A stretch of DNA of 32,000 bases from Candidatus Methanoperedenaceae archaeon (GTDB lineage Archaea > Halobacteriota > Methanosarcinia > Methanosarcinales > Methanoperedenaceae), in assembly GCA_963753595.1 (NCBI GenBank), contig CAVWCX010000009.1:18013-50012 (forward strand). Reading direction: 5' to 3'. Under the pieces are notes generated by a model. The model was not told the origin of the DNA and did no database searches. It worked only from the letters and a program-made list of their open reading frames with translations. Positions 9,409 to 17,515 of this stretch are shown one piece after another. The translations under genes and the position numbers were made by a program. Each line of letters begins with the position of its first letter. Position 1 is the first letter of the stretch.

Positions 9409-10389
9409 ATGAAAATGAATGCGCAGATCAAAGCTGAACTCATTTCTATCGGGGCAATTGATATTGATCCATCTATTCTTGGAAGGCTGACCATCCCAAC
9501 GGCAGGACCGGGGGCCGGAGGCAAGGCTTTTTTCTTCAATTCCGGCGGTCATCGTGTGCGGCTCGTGGTGGATGAAGGCTCACCTCTACGCGCAATTAAA
9601 GATAATGGCGAGATCGTGATCATAAAAGGCGGGAAAGAGTTCGTGAGAGGAACGATCGAGGAAGAACTCATACACTGCCCGGAGCAGGCATATATTACAA
9701 TGAGTGAGCGCTGCATTTATGATTGCAAATTCTGCCCTGTCCCGAAACTGAATGGAAAGGTCAAATCTTCAGAAGAATTGCTGGCGCTTGTCGAAGAAGC
9801 ATTCAAATTGGGGAAGATGAAAGGAATTTCTATAACATCAGGGGTCGAAGTGTCACCTGAAAAAGAAGTTGAACGCGCTGCCGATTTGGTCAGTAAATTG
9901 AAGAAATACAATGTCACCATAGGTGTTTCTGTCTATCCAACAAAGGACTCATCCCGCATCCTGAAAGAAGCGGGAGCAAGTGAAGTCAAATACAATGTTG
10001 AGACCATGGACAGGGAACTTTATGAGAAATACTGCAAGAAGCCACCTCTTGATTTTACGCTCGAATGCCTGAAGGATGCTGTCAAAATATTCGGAAAAAA
10101 CAATGTTTTTACCAACTTCATTGCGGGGCTGGGAGAGACCGATGAAACAATTGAAACGAATTATGAGATACTTGCGAAAATGGGCGTGATCCCGATAATA
10201 CGCGCCGTTGGCGTGCATCCCCTGCGCTTTGGTGAACTGGAAGCAGAGAGACCAACAGCCCAAAGGCTGCTAAAACTTGCGAAAATGTCACGCAGGATAC
10301 TTGATAAATACGGGCTTGATGCAAGTAAGGCAAAGACCATGTGCCTGCCGTGTACGGGGTGTGACCTGAATCCGCATGTGGATTTATGA
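9409..10389 (+). CDS. Radical SAM domain protein (biotin/lipoyl-synthase-like core), specific function unknown
   Basis: CIYDCKFCPV is the CxxxCxxC radical SAM cluster motif at aa ~103-110. TIM-barrel-like alternation follows. The C-terminus has an extra Cys cluster (CLPCTGC). Confidence 0.8.
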   Translation: MKMNAQIKAELISIGAIDIDPSILGRLTIPTAGPGAGGKAFFFNSGGHRVRLVVDEGSPLRAIKDNGEIVIIKGGKEFVRGTIEEELIHCPEQAYITMSERCIYDCKFCPVPKLNGKVKSSEELLALVEEAFKLGKMKGISITSGVEVSPEKEVERAADLVSKLKKYNVTIGVSVYPTKDSSRILKEAGASEVKYNVETMDRELYEKYCKKPPLDFTLECLKDAVKIFGKNNVFTNFIAGLGETDETIETNYEILAKMGVIPIIRAVGVHPLRFGELEAERPTAQRLLKLAKMSRRILDKYGLDASKAKTMCLPCTGCDLNPHVDL

Positions 10390-10550
10390 TTGAGGAAAGA
10401 ATTCCTATATTTCAAGAAGTTTTGTTATGAGCATCTCTGGGCGCCAGGCTGTTACTATGGTTCTGTAGGGAATGGGATGTTGTAAGTAAATACATTGAAA
10501 CACAGGATTTACATCAATCCAAAAACGCTAGCTATAGGCCGTGTAATTAA
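10390..10550 (+). mobile_element. Remnant of the 3' end of an IS200/IS605-family tnpA (Y1 transposase), frameshifted and 5'-truncated
   Basis: Translation from 10390 gives LRKEFLYFKKFCYEHLWAPGCYYGSVGNGML*. After a -1 shift it continues DVVSKYIETQDLHQSKN.... The pattern (LRxEFP..., LW.P.Y..GSVG, ...YIExQ) is the conserved C-terminus of IS200-type TnpA as I remember it. An imperfect hairpin (ggggtttgtg...cagagcccc, 10554-10584) follows, as at IS200/IS605 ends. Confidence 0.55.
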
Positions 10551-10591
10551 GTCTGGGGTTTGTGACTGCTACGACAGAGCCCCATAATAAT

Positions 10592-13500
10592 TCATTCTAC
10601 CCAAGATTGTTGGTTAATGGCATCCATTAGGGAGAATATAACTGGACGGAGTTCTCCAACAACAAGATCAAAACCAACCTCTGGGCATTCTGAGTCACTT
10701 ACTTGACGATTTGCCTCCTCGATGCACCAAATTCTAAGTTCTGATGGCATGCCGCGTGAAGCACCAATCAACTTTGGAAATGTTGCCTTTTCAGATGGAT
10801 TTGAGTTATTCTGCAAATGCTTTATCAGCATTGCTGAGAAATTATCATCTGCCTGAAGTCTACGGAGGATGGGACGAGTGATTAACTGTGAATAATTTCG
10901 GTGAATGCGCTCATAATTTGATAACAATTTTAAGAGGGCCTTAAATATAAACTCACTTGAACTCTTTCGACAAATAAGTTGAAAATATGTAGCAAAAGAT
11001 AAGGGTCGTTTCTGTCTTGTTACAATTTCAAAAATGCTATTTAATTCTTCACTTTCTGGCCAACCTTCACAGAGTGTAAGAATTAATTTCTCATCAGCAT
11101 GATCTTTTGGACTTCCAGACATTAAGTGTGTTAATACATCACAATCCCCACCAAAATTCTTACTTATTAGTTCAGCTGCAACTACTGATTCATTCCATGA
11201 GAAATCGTTTCGATGATCTCCAATACAAAGTATTTTTAAGCAATATTCGAGAAGGATAGGACTTTTAGGACGTACTCTACTGAGAAAACGCAATATATTA
11301 GGTTTCGCATTTTGTTCGTTCCTACTTTCCAAAAAATGAAGCATTTCATTGCGAGGAGATGGGTATTCATCAGCAAACTGGCAAAGTTCGTCCCAAAGAT
11401 TTAATATGTCATAATTTGGCTTATTAAGCATTTTCCACAGTTCTTTACCGAAAGCAACCTTGATATCATCCCAATTTTGTAGAATATATCTCAATAGAGG
11501 AACATTTGGTGAAAGACTATTAATAATTGAAATAGCACAAGGTTCACTTTTTCCGATTGCCTCTTCAAAATTAATCATTACATCTAAGCGGCCTAATATT
11601 GCCAAACCACAGAACGCAGCTTGTTGGCGTTCCTCGTGGTCAAATCCATAACATCCAATACTTTGTGATAAGTATTCTATCGCAGACTTCATATCCTGAT
11701 TCAATGCTTTTAATCGCATATGATAGCTAATTGAGGCTTGCGTTTTAATCTCTTTATCTGGCTCATAATCATAAAGCCTTAATAAAGACATTGCGAACGT
11801 ATCATCAACACTCTTATCCTTCAAGTATGCTACAATAACTCCACGAAGCTGAGTGGGCAGGGGGCATGCAATTTCAATGATTTTTTTTCGCAACTCTTCA
11901 TCATTTCCAAAGGTCCACGCCACAGCCGCATAACTACCATCTCGTTTTAAAACCTCTTGTTTTGCAAAATCTTTTACACGCAGATCTGATGAATAGCATG
12001 CTATTAAACGGGCTATTATAGTATCTCTTTGCAATCCTTTTAGATCAGATAGTATGCTCAAGACAATATCGACAACTTCGGTATCACCCTGTGTATTTCC
12101 CAGAGTTTGTAGGCCAATCATTACGAAATCATGACGTGCGCATTCAGGATCTCGAAGTAATTCAATAAGCCTGCTCCGGCATATACTCTTATTTTCGATA
12201 ATCTGCGGAAGCAGATGTCCAATCCGAGATGCCTCAGATGCCGAACCGAATGCGAATTTAGTTAATCTATCGGCAACCTCAATATCTTGCATTCCCCAAC
12301 CTTCTATTAGCGCTCCTGCTGGCCAATGAGGAATAGATGAGTTGAGTGATGATAGTAGTTTTTGTTTAGCCTTTGGTGTGCGTCCTACTAATGCAGCCAT
12401 AGCAACTGCAGGTTCATGAAATTCTTGTTTTGGTAGCCATTCTTCGATTGCCATGATGATCCTAGGATGGTCTTTGAAGTTCTTGGCCAATAAACTCCAA
12501 GGATCATGATAGTGCATTGAAATAAATGGATATTTCTCGTTCTTAATCTGATTGATGCAGAACTCAGCTACTTCTTCATCTTGTGCATAATCATCAAGTA
12601 AAATTCTGAGAGCATATTCTCTATCTAGATTGATTTTATCTCGTCCAGCTTCCTTTAAAGCATCGAAGCAAGCTTTCTTAGTTTCGGATGAGTTTGGCCA
12701 TCCCCTCATAAGTGCCGATGCTACATCATTTTTCCACTGATAATCTAGGTTTGTACTCCATGAACCAATATGAATCAATTCTTTCCAATCCTCTTCAGTT
12801 TGGCAATTTCTTTGTATCCTACCTAAGATTGCGAGTAAACGCAATTCTGGACTCATTGAGCGTCGAGCTACTTCCAAAATATGTTCGATATTTTCATGAT
12901 TTGGCCAACCCCGCAACAAAGCTTCAATTGCCGCAGCCCTTGTTTTTGATTCTACAGCATTTTGGGCAATCCAAGAAATACGATTACCAATTTCTGAATC
13001 ACTAGCTGCAAGATCAGCTATAGCACTTGCTGCAGCTCGTTTGTTATCAGATTCTTCATCGTGTATACCTTTCCACAAGCATTCGATAACTTCAGCATCT
13101 CTTGGCCATTTAGCCATAGCACTGAAGATTCCCTCTCGCCATCTTGCTCTGCAAGGAAACCAATTTTTAAGCTTTAACTTAACCAACTCTTTTACTTTTA
13201 TAGAACGCAATCCATTCAGGATTTGCTTAAGGAGAAGCTCACGTTGAGGCATCCATGACCCCAGTTCAACTTGTTCGAATGACTCTCGTGCAAGTTCTCT
13301 GACAATGCCGACCGGGCAATTAAATTCGCCGAAAGCAGTTTCACATAGCAAGAGATCGATAGTGTAGCAGTCTATTGGATTAACAATCCTCCTTTTTTTT
13401 CGAATACATTCAATAAACTGTTTAGTGTCTTCTGCACGTTTGGTGATGTAGAATAATACTAGAATGATTTGACGCCACTGTGGGCTGGCACAGTGCATCT

Positions 13501-15535
13501 CTACGATTGATAATTGTTCGGCTAAAGGTAAACGAGATAGATGATATGCTGACAAATATTCCTGAAATACACGGTGAAAGAAACCAACATCTTTAGGAGA
13601 CCGTTTCACAAGGATACCTATAAAGTTTTCACCTACCTCTAAAATTTTTCGGGTAAATTGATAAGCTTCACGTTGCTCAAAGCCTAATCCAAAATCATCA
13701 TCTTTAATAAATTTCTCTACAATAATTATTGCTTCATTTTGATCTATCGATCCTTCTCCAAACTTCTCTTGGATTTGATAAGCTAAAAGTCCAAAAATTT
13801 TCTTAATATCGTCATCATTAAGTTCGATTGAATCGGTTGTTAGAGATGCAGCCCTTCTTCTTCTTTGCGGATGTGTAGAGATTAGATGCTCTATAAGTGA
13901 TTCGTAGGCTTTGAATCGACTTTGTGGAAGACTAGCATTATTAAATCTATGATAAATAAGTAGGCAAAGAAGTAGAGGTATTTTCGATAATTCTCGAAGG
14001 TCTGGTGACATTTGCAGTTCATCGAAAAAAACTTCGCTTTCAGCATCGGCTTGTCGTATAACTTCAGACTCTTCAATTGTCGAACTTTGATTTAGGTTCT
14101 TTATTCTATAGATGAACCAAATCTTCGATAACTGCTTTTGCTGCTCTTCAGAAAAATCACTTAGCTCTCCTAATTTCCATCCTATTTCTTGCATTCCAAG
14201 GCGATCAAAACCATGTGGTCTACTTGTTATTATTGCTGGAACATCACGTTGCTTTATGAAAACCTTAAGCTGGTCCAAGGCTATTTTTGCAGCTGACTCA
14301 TTTGTCCACTCATCCAGACCATCCACGAGTAATAAGAGTCTCTCATCTTCTAAGGCTTGTTCAAATAAGGGCCAAAGCCGCTCTTCATTCCAATTTTTTA
14401 ACCAATTGTGAACTAACTCACTCAGTGAACAAGTAGGAGTTGTTTGGTTTGAGATTAATTTTGTCCATAAAGCAAACGGCACCCAAACAGGAAGAAATAT
14501 GCCCCATTTTTGTGAGAGCAAAGTCAATCGTGGCGATTCATGTAATAGGTCGATAGCTATGAAACGCAATAGTGTACTTTTTCCACTTCCTGGTCCTCCA
14601 AGAATAATGTTGTGTTTTGCTATTGATAGCCACTTTTCAACCGATTGTCTTTTCTGATACGTAGAAGTTGATCGTGGCACTATAATTTTTTGTCTACTGC
14701 TTTCAAAAGCCTCATTTTCAAATTGGCTGCTCCCTAATTTGTCCTCATACTTTTCAGTTTCTGGCCTTCCTTCAGAATAAGGAGGTGTAATTAATCGTCG
14801 TTCGTAAATGTCAGGAATAACATATCTCTCCTCCAATGGCAAAACGTTGAGTTCACTCGTCGCGGTTATTGGCAAGCCAGGATCAAAAGTATTAAATACG
14901 TTCCTATAAAACGTTGCACACTTTTTTCGAAAATCAATAACATCTTTAATTTCTAATCTATTTTTCAATTCTTTTGCTTGCACTTCACCACAAAATGCGC
15001 TTACCCACGCTCTACCGAAAAAATCATCAACAAGTTTTGGAAGGTCTTTCAATTTTATGGATAGTTGATGACTATCCCAGGAAACCACTGTTATTCCCTT
15101 TTCTTTAAGTAGAGCTTGTTGTGATTCTAGTTCCTCCGCTCTATCTGTTGGAACTAGGCTTTCTTTTGTACATAAAATGAAAGTGTCTGTCTTGCCGACC
15201 CATTCTCCCTCTAAAAATTTCAAAACTGCGTTTCTGATCTTTGTGGGTCCAAAATCATTAACACGCTTGCATTGGTAGACCCAATATTTATCAGCGAACT
15301 TTTTTCGTGCGTAGATGTCGATACCCTCTTGCTTTTGACCACGTATACCATAAAGCTGACAGTGTTCAACGTTGGCTTCTAATCGTGCCATGCGTAGGCA
15401 CAATCTCTCAAAATCTTCCCAACTAAGCTCACCAAATGGAAGCTCTTGCTTTCGAGTTTCTACAGGAGGATTAACCTGAGATAGGGGGGGAGTTTCAAGC
15501 CATGATGGAATAGAAGTGTCAATTTGTGTGCTCAT
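10592..15535 (-). CDS. STAND NTPase: N-terminal Mrr-like PD-(D/E)xK nuclease, central NACHT, ~1150-aa C-terminal HEAT-like repeat region (NLR/Avs-like)
   Basis: Uninterrupted 1647-aa ORF. Nuclease core: WEDFERLCLRMARLE, GIDIYA (D73), YQCK (Q88/K90). NACHT: ILGGPGSGKSTLL (Walker A, aa 311-323), LLLVDGLDEW (Walker B, aa 401-410), IITSRP (aa 435-440). The C-terminal helical repeats have HEAT-like signatures (KRAAASAIADLA, TRAAAIEALLRGWPN, PELRLLAILGRI). Confidence 0.85.
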   Translation of the reverse strand: MSTQIDTSIPSWLETPPLSQVNPPVETRKQELPFGELSWEDFERLCLRMARLEANVEHCQLYGIRGQKQEGIDIYARKKFADKYWVYQCKRVNDFGPTKIRNAVLKFLEGEWVGKTDTFILCTKESLVPTDRAEELESQQALLKEKGITVVSWDSHQLSIKLKDLPKLVDDFFGRAWVSAFCGEVQAKELKNRLEIKDVIDFRKKCATFYRNVFNTFDPGLPITATSELNVLPLEERYVIPDIYERRLITPPYSEGRPETEKYEDKLGSSQFENEAFESSRQKIIVPRSTSTYQKRQSVEKWLSIAKHNIILGGPGSGKSTLLRFIAIDLLHESPRLTLLSQKWGIFLPVWVPFALWTKLISNQTTPTCSLSELVHNWLKNWNEERLWPLFEQALEDERLLLLVDGLDEWTNESAAKIALDQLKVFIKQRDVPAIITSRPHGFDRLGMQEIGWKLGELSDFSEEQQKQLSKIWFIYRIKNLNQSSTIEESEVIRQADAESEVFFDELQMSPDLRELSKIPLLLCLLIYHRFNNASLPQSRFKAYESLIEHLISTHPQRRRRAASLTTDSIELNDDDIKKIFGLLAYQIQEKFGEGSIDQNEAIIIVEKFIKDDDFGLGFEQREAYQFTRKILEVGENFIGILVKRSPKDVGFFHRVFQEYLSAYHLSRLPLAEQLSIVEMHCASPQWRQIILVLFYITKRAEDTKQFIECIRKKRRIVNPIDCYTIDLLLCETAFGEFNCPVGIVRELARESFEQVELGSWMPQRELLLKQILNGLRSIKVKELVKLKLKNWFPCRARWREGIFSAMAKWPRDAEVIECLWKGIHDEESDNKRAAASAIADLAASDSEIGNRISWIAQNAVESKTRAAAIEALLRGWPNHENIEHILEVARRSMSPELRLLAILGRIQRNCQTEEDWKELIHIGSWSTNLDYQWKNDVASALMRGWPNSSETKKACFDALKEAGRDKINLDREYALRILLDDYAQDEEVAEFCINQIKNEKYPFISMHYHDPWSLLAKNFKDHPRIIMAIEEWLPKQEFHEPAVAMAALVGRTPKAKQKLLSSLNSSIPHWPAGALIEGWGMQDIEVADRLTKFAFGSASEASRIGHLLPQIIENKSICRSRLIELLRDPECARHDFVMIGLQTLGNTQGDTEVVDIVLSILSDLKGLQRDTIIARLIACYSSDLRVKDFAKQEVLKRDGSYAAVAWTFGNDEELRKKIIEIACPLPTQLRGVIVAYLKDKSVDDTFAMSLLRLYDYEPDKEIKTQASISYHMRLKALNQDMKSAIEYLSQSIGCYGFDHEERQQAAFCGLAILGRLDVMINFEEAIGKSEPCAISIINSLSPNVPLLRYILQNWDDIKVAFGKELWKMLNKPNYDILNLWDELCQFADEYPSPRNEMLHFLESRNEQNAKPNILRFLSRVRPKSPILLEYCLKILCIGDHRNDFSWNESVVAAELISKNFGGDCDVLTHLMSGSPKDHADEKLILTLCEGWPESEELNSIFEIVTRQKRPLSFATYFQLICRKSSSEFIFKALLKLLSNYERIHRNYSQLITRPILRRLQADDNFSAMLIKHLQNNSNPSEKATFPKLIGASRGMPSELRIWCIEEANRQVSDSECPEVGFDLVVGELRPVIFSLMDAINQQSWVE

Positions 15536-15912
15536 TTTGTGGTTATCTATTTGTGAAAAGATGGATTTATTTCGGTTAATGATTTATGTTATCTCCTGTT
15601 ATATTACTTTTCGTTTATCCTCCCAAGTTAATGTAAATTCTTTTCCTATCCATTCATTCAGAACCGAAGAAGGACAAAAATAGAATATACTATTAACAAT
15701 TCTCCGTTACTGCGGGTAAACCGAACTCTCATGCACCCAAAAGGTGATAGAAAGCCAAAATAACTTTCATATAGTGTAAAATTGGTGCATATGATGGGTA
15801 TTGATTGATACATGAATTATATTTAGGATTTTCGATGAATCTAAATAGTATTGAGTTATGCTAAACTGTGGATAATTTCGAAGCAAGCTCAGTTAAAGAA
15901 GGTGAAGTAAAA

Positions 15913-16152
15913 ATGTATCGTTTCCTTGTAGTGATTGAAAAGGCAAATAAGAACTATTCGGCATATTCACCGGATTTACCGGGATGTGTGGCTACAGGCG
16001 CCACCCGTGAAGAAGCTGAGAATAATATGTATGAAGCTATTGAAATGCATATACAGGGATTACTGGAGGATAAATTTCCTATTCCAGAATCAAAGTCATT
16101 TGCGGAGTACATAGCTGTTGCTGAAAAATCAGGTGTGGAGCAAACGGCTTAA
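15913..16152 (+). CDS. HicB-like / UPF0150 family protein (antitoxin-type fold, no DNA-binding extension)
   Basis: MYRFLVVIEKANKNYSAYSPDLPGCVATGATREEAENNMYEAIEMHIQG is the typical HicB N-domain/UPF0150 pattern. ATG 15913 is preceded by aggtga. The track start at 15868 (GTG) is less likely. Confidence 0.7.
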   Translation: MYRFLVVIEKANKNYSAYSPDLPGCVATGATREEAENNMYEAIEMHIQGLLEDKFPIPESKSFAEYIAVAEKSGVEQTA

Positions 16153-16205
16153 TGACCAGCTCATATCCCAAAATATTTCTTTCTCTATTGAATTTCTGTA
16201 GCTGA

Positions 16206-16700
16206 ATGGATTCTGAAAAAATGGAACCGCAGATGAACGCAGATGAACGCAGATTAAATGTTTCGTATCAAGAAAAATCCAGGCTATTCAGCAGTTTAAG
16301 GATTGAAGAGCTAAGAATACCACACATAGAGCTTGATTTGATACAGGCGCAACTGGAAGAAAATAAACCATACGAAGCCTGCGGTGTTCTCATTGGAACT
16401 ATTGATGGAATGACCGCGCATGTCGAAAAAGCGCTTCCCATAACAAATGTTAAGCGGACGCATAGGAGTTTTGAGCTTGACCCGAAAGAGCATTATAATG
16501 CCTGGAATGAGGCCGAAAAGAACGGCAAGGAAATAGTCGGAGTTTATCACACACATCCTGCCTCTCGCGCTGATCCCTCTCATTGGGACGAGGAGACAAT
16601 GGAAAATGCCCCCTCAGTGTGGCTTATCGCAGGCGCTGATGGGATGAGGGCGTATGTGTGGGAGAATGGTTTGAAAACGGTAAAAATAACAGAGACATAG
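16206..16700 (+). CDS. JAMM/MPN+ metalloprotease (Mov34 family)
   Basis: EACGVLIG supplies the catalytic Glu. HTHPASRADPSHWD is an exact HxHx7SxxD JAMM zinc motif. The ~40-aa N-terminal extension contains a 10-bp tandem repeat, so the true start is uncertain (16206, 16221 or 16233). Confidence 0.8.
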   Translation: MDSEKMEPQMNADERRLNVSYQEKSRLFSSLRIEELRIPHIELDLIQAQLEENKPYEACGVLIGTIDGMTAHVEKALPITNVKRTHRSFELDPKEHYNAWNEAEKNGKEIVGVYHTHPASRADPSHWDEETMENAPSVWLIAGADGMRAYVWENGLKTVKITET

Positions 16701-16743
16701 GCGTTCTCCATAGAGGGAAACTATTTGAATTAATTTCCCTATA
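16634..16743. repeat. Direct repeat copy A (3' end of the JAMM gene plus its downstream hairpin)
   Basis: It aligns with 17382-17503. The core 16645-16743 vs 17405-17503 has about 11 differences per 100 nt by hand alignment. It includes the hairpin agggaaa-N13-tttccct (16714-16740). Confidence 0.85.
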
Positions 16744-17171
16744 GATAATACCATGATAAAACGGGACATGTGGATAGGGATAATAAAAGATTTCTCCGAA
16801 TAGGGCTTTCATCACAAATGACTGTAACTCTTTTTGAATGTCCTCTTGCATTTACAATATGATTCTATTTTTCAAACTTCATACGAATAGTTGTTCTGCA
16901 AGCCTCATAAAGATGTATTTATTTTTTTTCTGTTCATCTGAGTCAGGTTTATCAATTTCTTTTCCAGAGAAAACTGCTTTTATTGATTTCGTACTTTTTT
17001 CGGGAGTATCTAACATGAATCCTCAATATATGTCACTTATTTTTAATTCAACAATGTTGAAAAAGATATTAAAGATTCATGCGTCAAAAAATTAATATAA
17101 TAATTATTATTATCCTCTATTGACTTCTGTTTTTATGCTTCCCAGATAGGAAATAAAGGAATTTTGTGGGC

Positions 17172-17376
17172 TTTATTTCATCGCCTTTTCCAGCCCTTCC
17201 ATCGCGATCTGGTTTAGCTCTCTTGCCCTTTCCTCTGTTTTTCCCTCAGAGAAAATCCGCACTTTTGGCTCTGTCCCGCTGGCTCTGACGGGATTTTTTG
17301 TATCAGCCTATCAAGTATCGCATCTGTATTCGTGCCTACGGGCAGTGTCTTTGCATCCTTTATCTGGTGATATTTC
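17172..17376 (-). pseudogene. 3'-terminal fragment of a phosphohexomutase paralogue (internally deleted)
   Basis: The minus strand reads ...VRASGTEPKVRIFSEGKTEERARELNQIAMEGLEKAMK*, against VRASGTEPKVRIFSEGKTEDIAERLNKVAMEGLERAMVA* in the intact gene at 18978. nt 17311-17375 match 19185-19249 at 63/65. About 85 nt of the intact gene are missing between the two blocks. Confidence 0.85.
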
Positions 17377-17381
17377 GGTCT

Positions 17382-17503
17382 GGCTGATGGCATGTGTGGT
17401 GGGCAGAGGGCGTATGTGTGGGAGAATGGTTTGAAATCGGTTAAAAATAATAGAGGTATAGCGTTCTCCCTGGAGGGAAACAATTTGGATTAGTTTCCCT
17501 ATA
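17382..17503. repeat. Direct repeat copy B (orphan copy of the JAMM gene 3' end plus hairpin)
   Basis: See copy A. It encodes ...RAYVWENGLKSVKNNRG with no upstream gene body. It is joined directly to the mutase fragment on its left and ends 12 nt before the ATPase stop codon on its right. Confidence 0.85.
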
Positions 17504-17515
17504 ACCTTTTTTCTA

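Noticed and set aside
15536-15912. Search for a HicA toxin partner of the HicB-like gene; 16153-16205 was also checked
   Set aside because: I saw no ORF of 50-90 aa with a HicA-like pattern on either strand by manual translation. The HicB-like gene is treated as an orphan.
16879-17016. 45-aa minus-strand small ORF (MLDTPEKSTKSIKAVFSGKEIDKPDSDEQKKNKYIFMRLAEQLFV) in spacer X1
   Set aside because: It is hydrophilic and protein-like, but it has no SD element, no recognisable fold motif and no conservation evidence. I note it only as something to re-examine if Ribo-seq data exist.
16838-17095. 85-aa plus-strand ORF in the spacer X1 between the JAMM gene and the mutase fragment
   Set aside because: It is AT-rich and low-complexity (Phe/Ser/Leu/Ile), with no start context or motif. 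It is probably non-coding spacer.
17214-17483. 89-aa minus-strand ORF called by the track
   Set aside because: It is a chimeric read-through. It starts inside repeat copy B, crosses the duplication junction, matches the mutase only over YHQIKDAKTLPVGTNTDAILDRL, then leaves the mutase frame. I treat it as part of a pseudogene.
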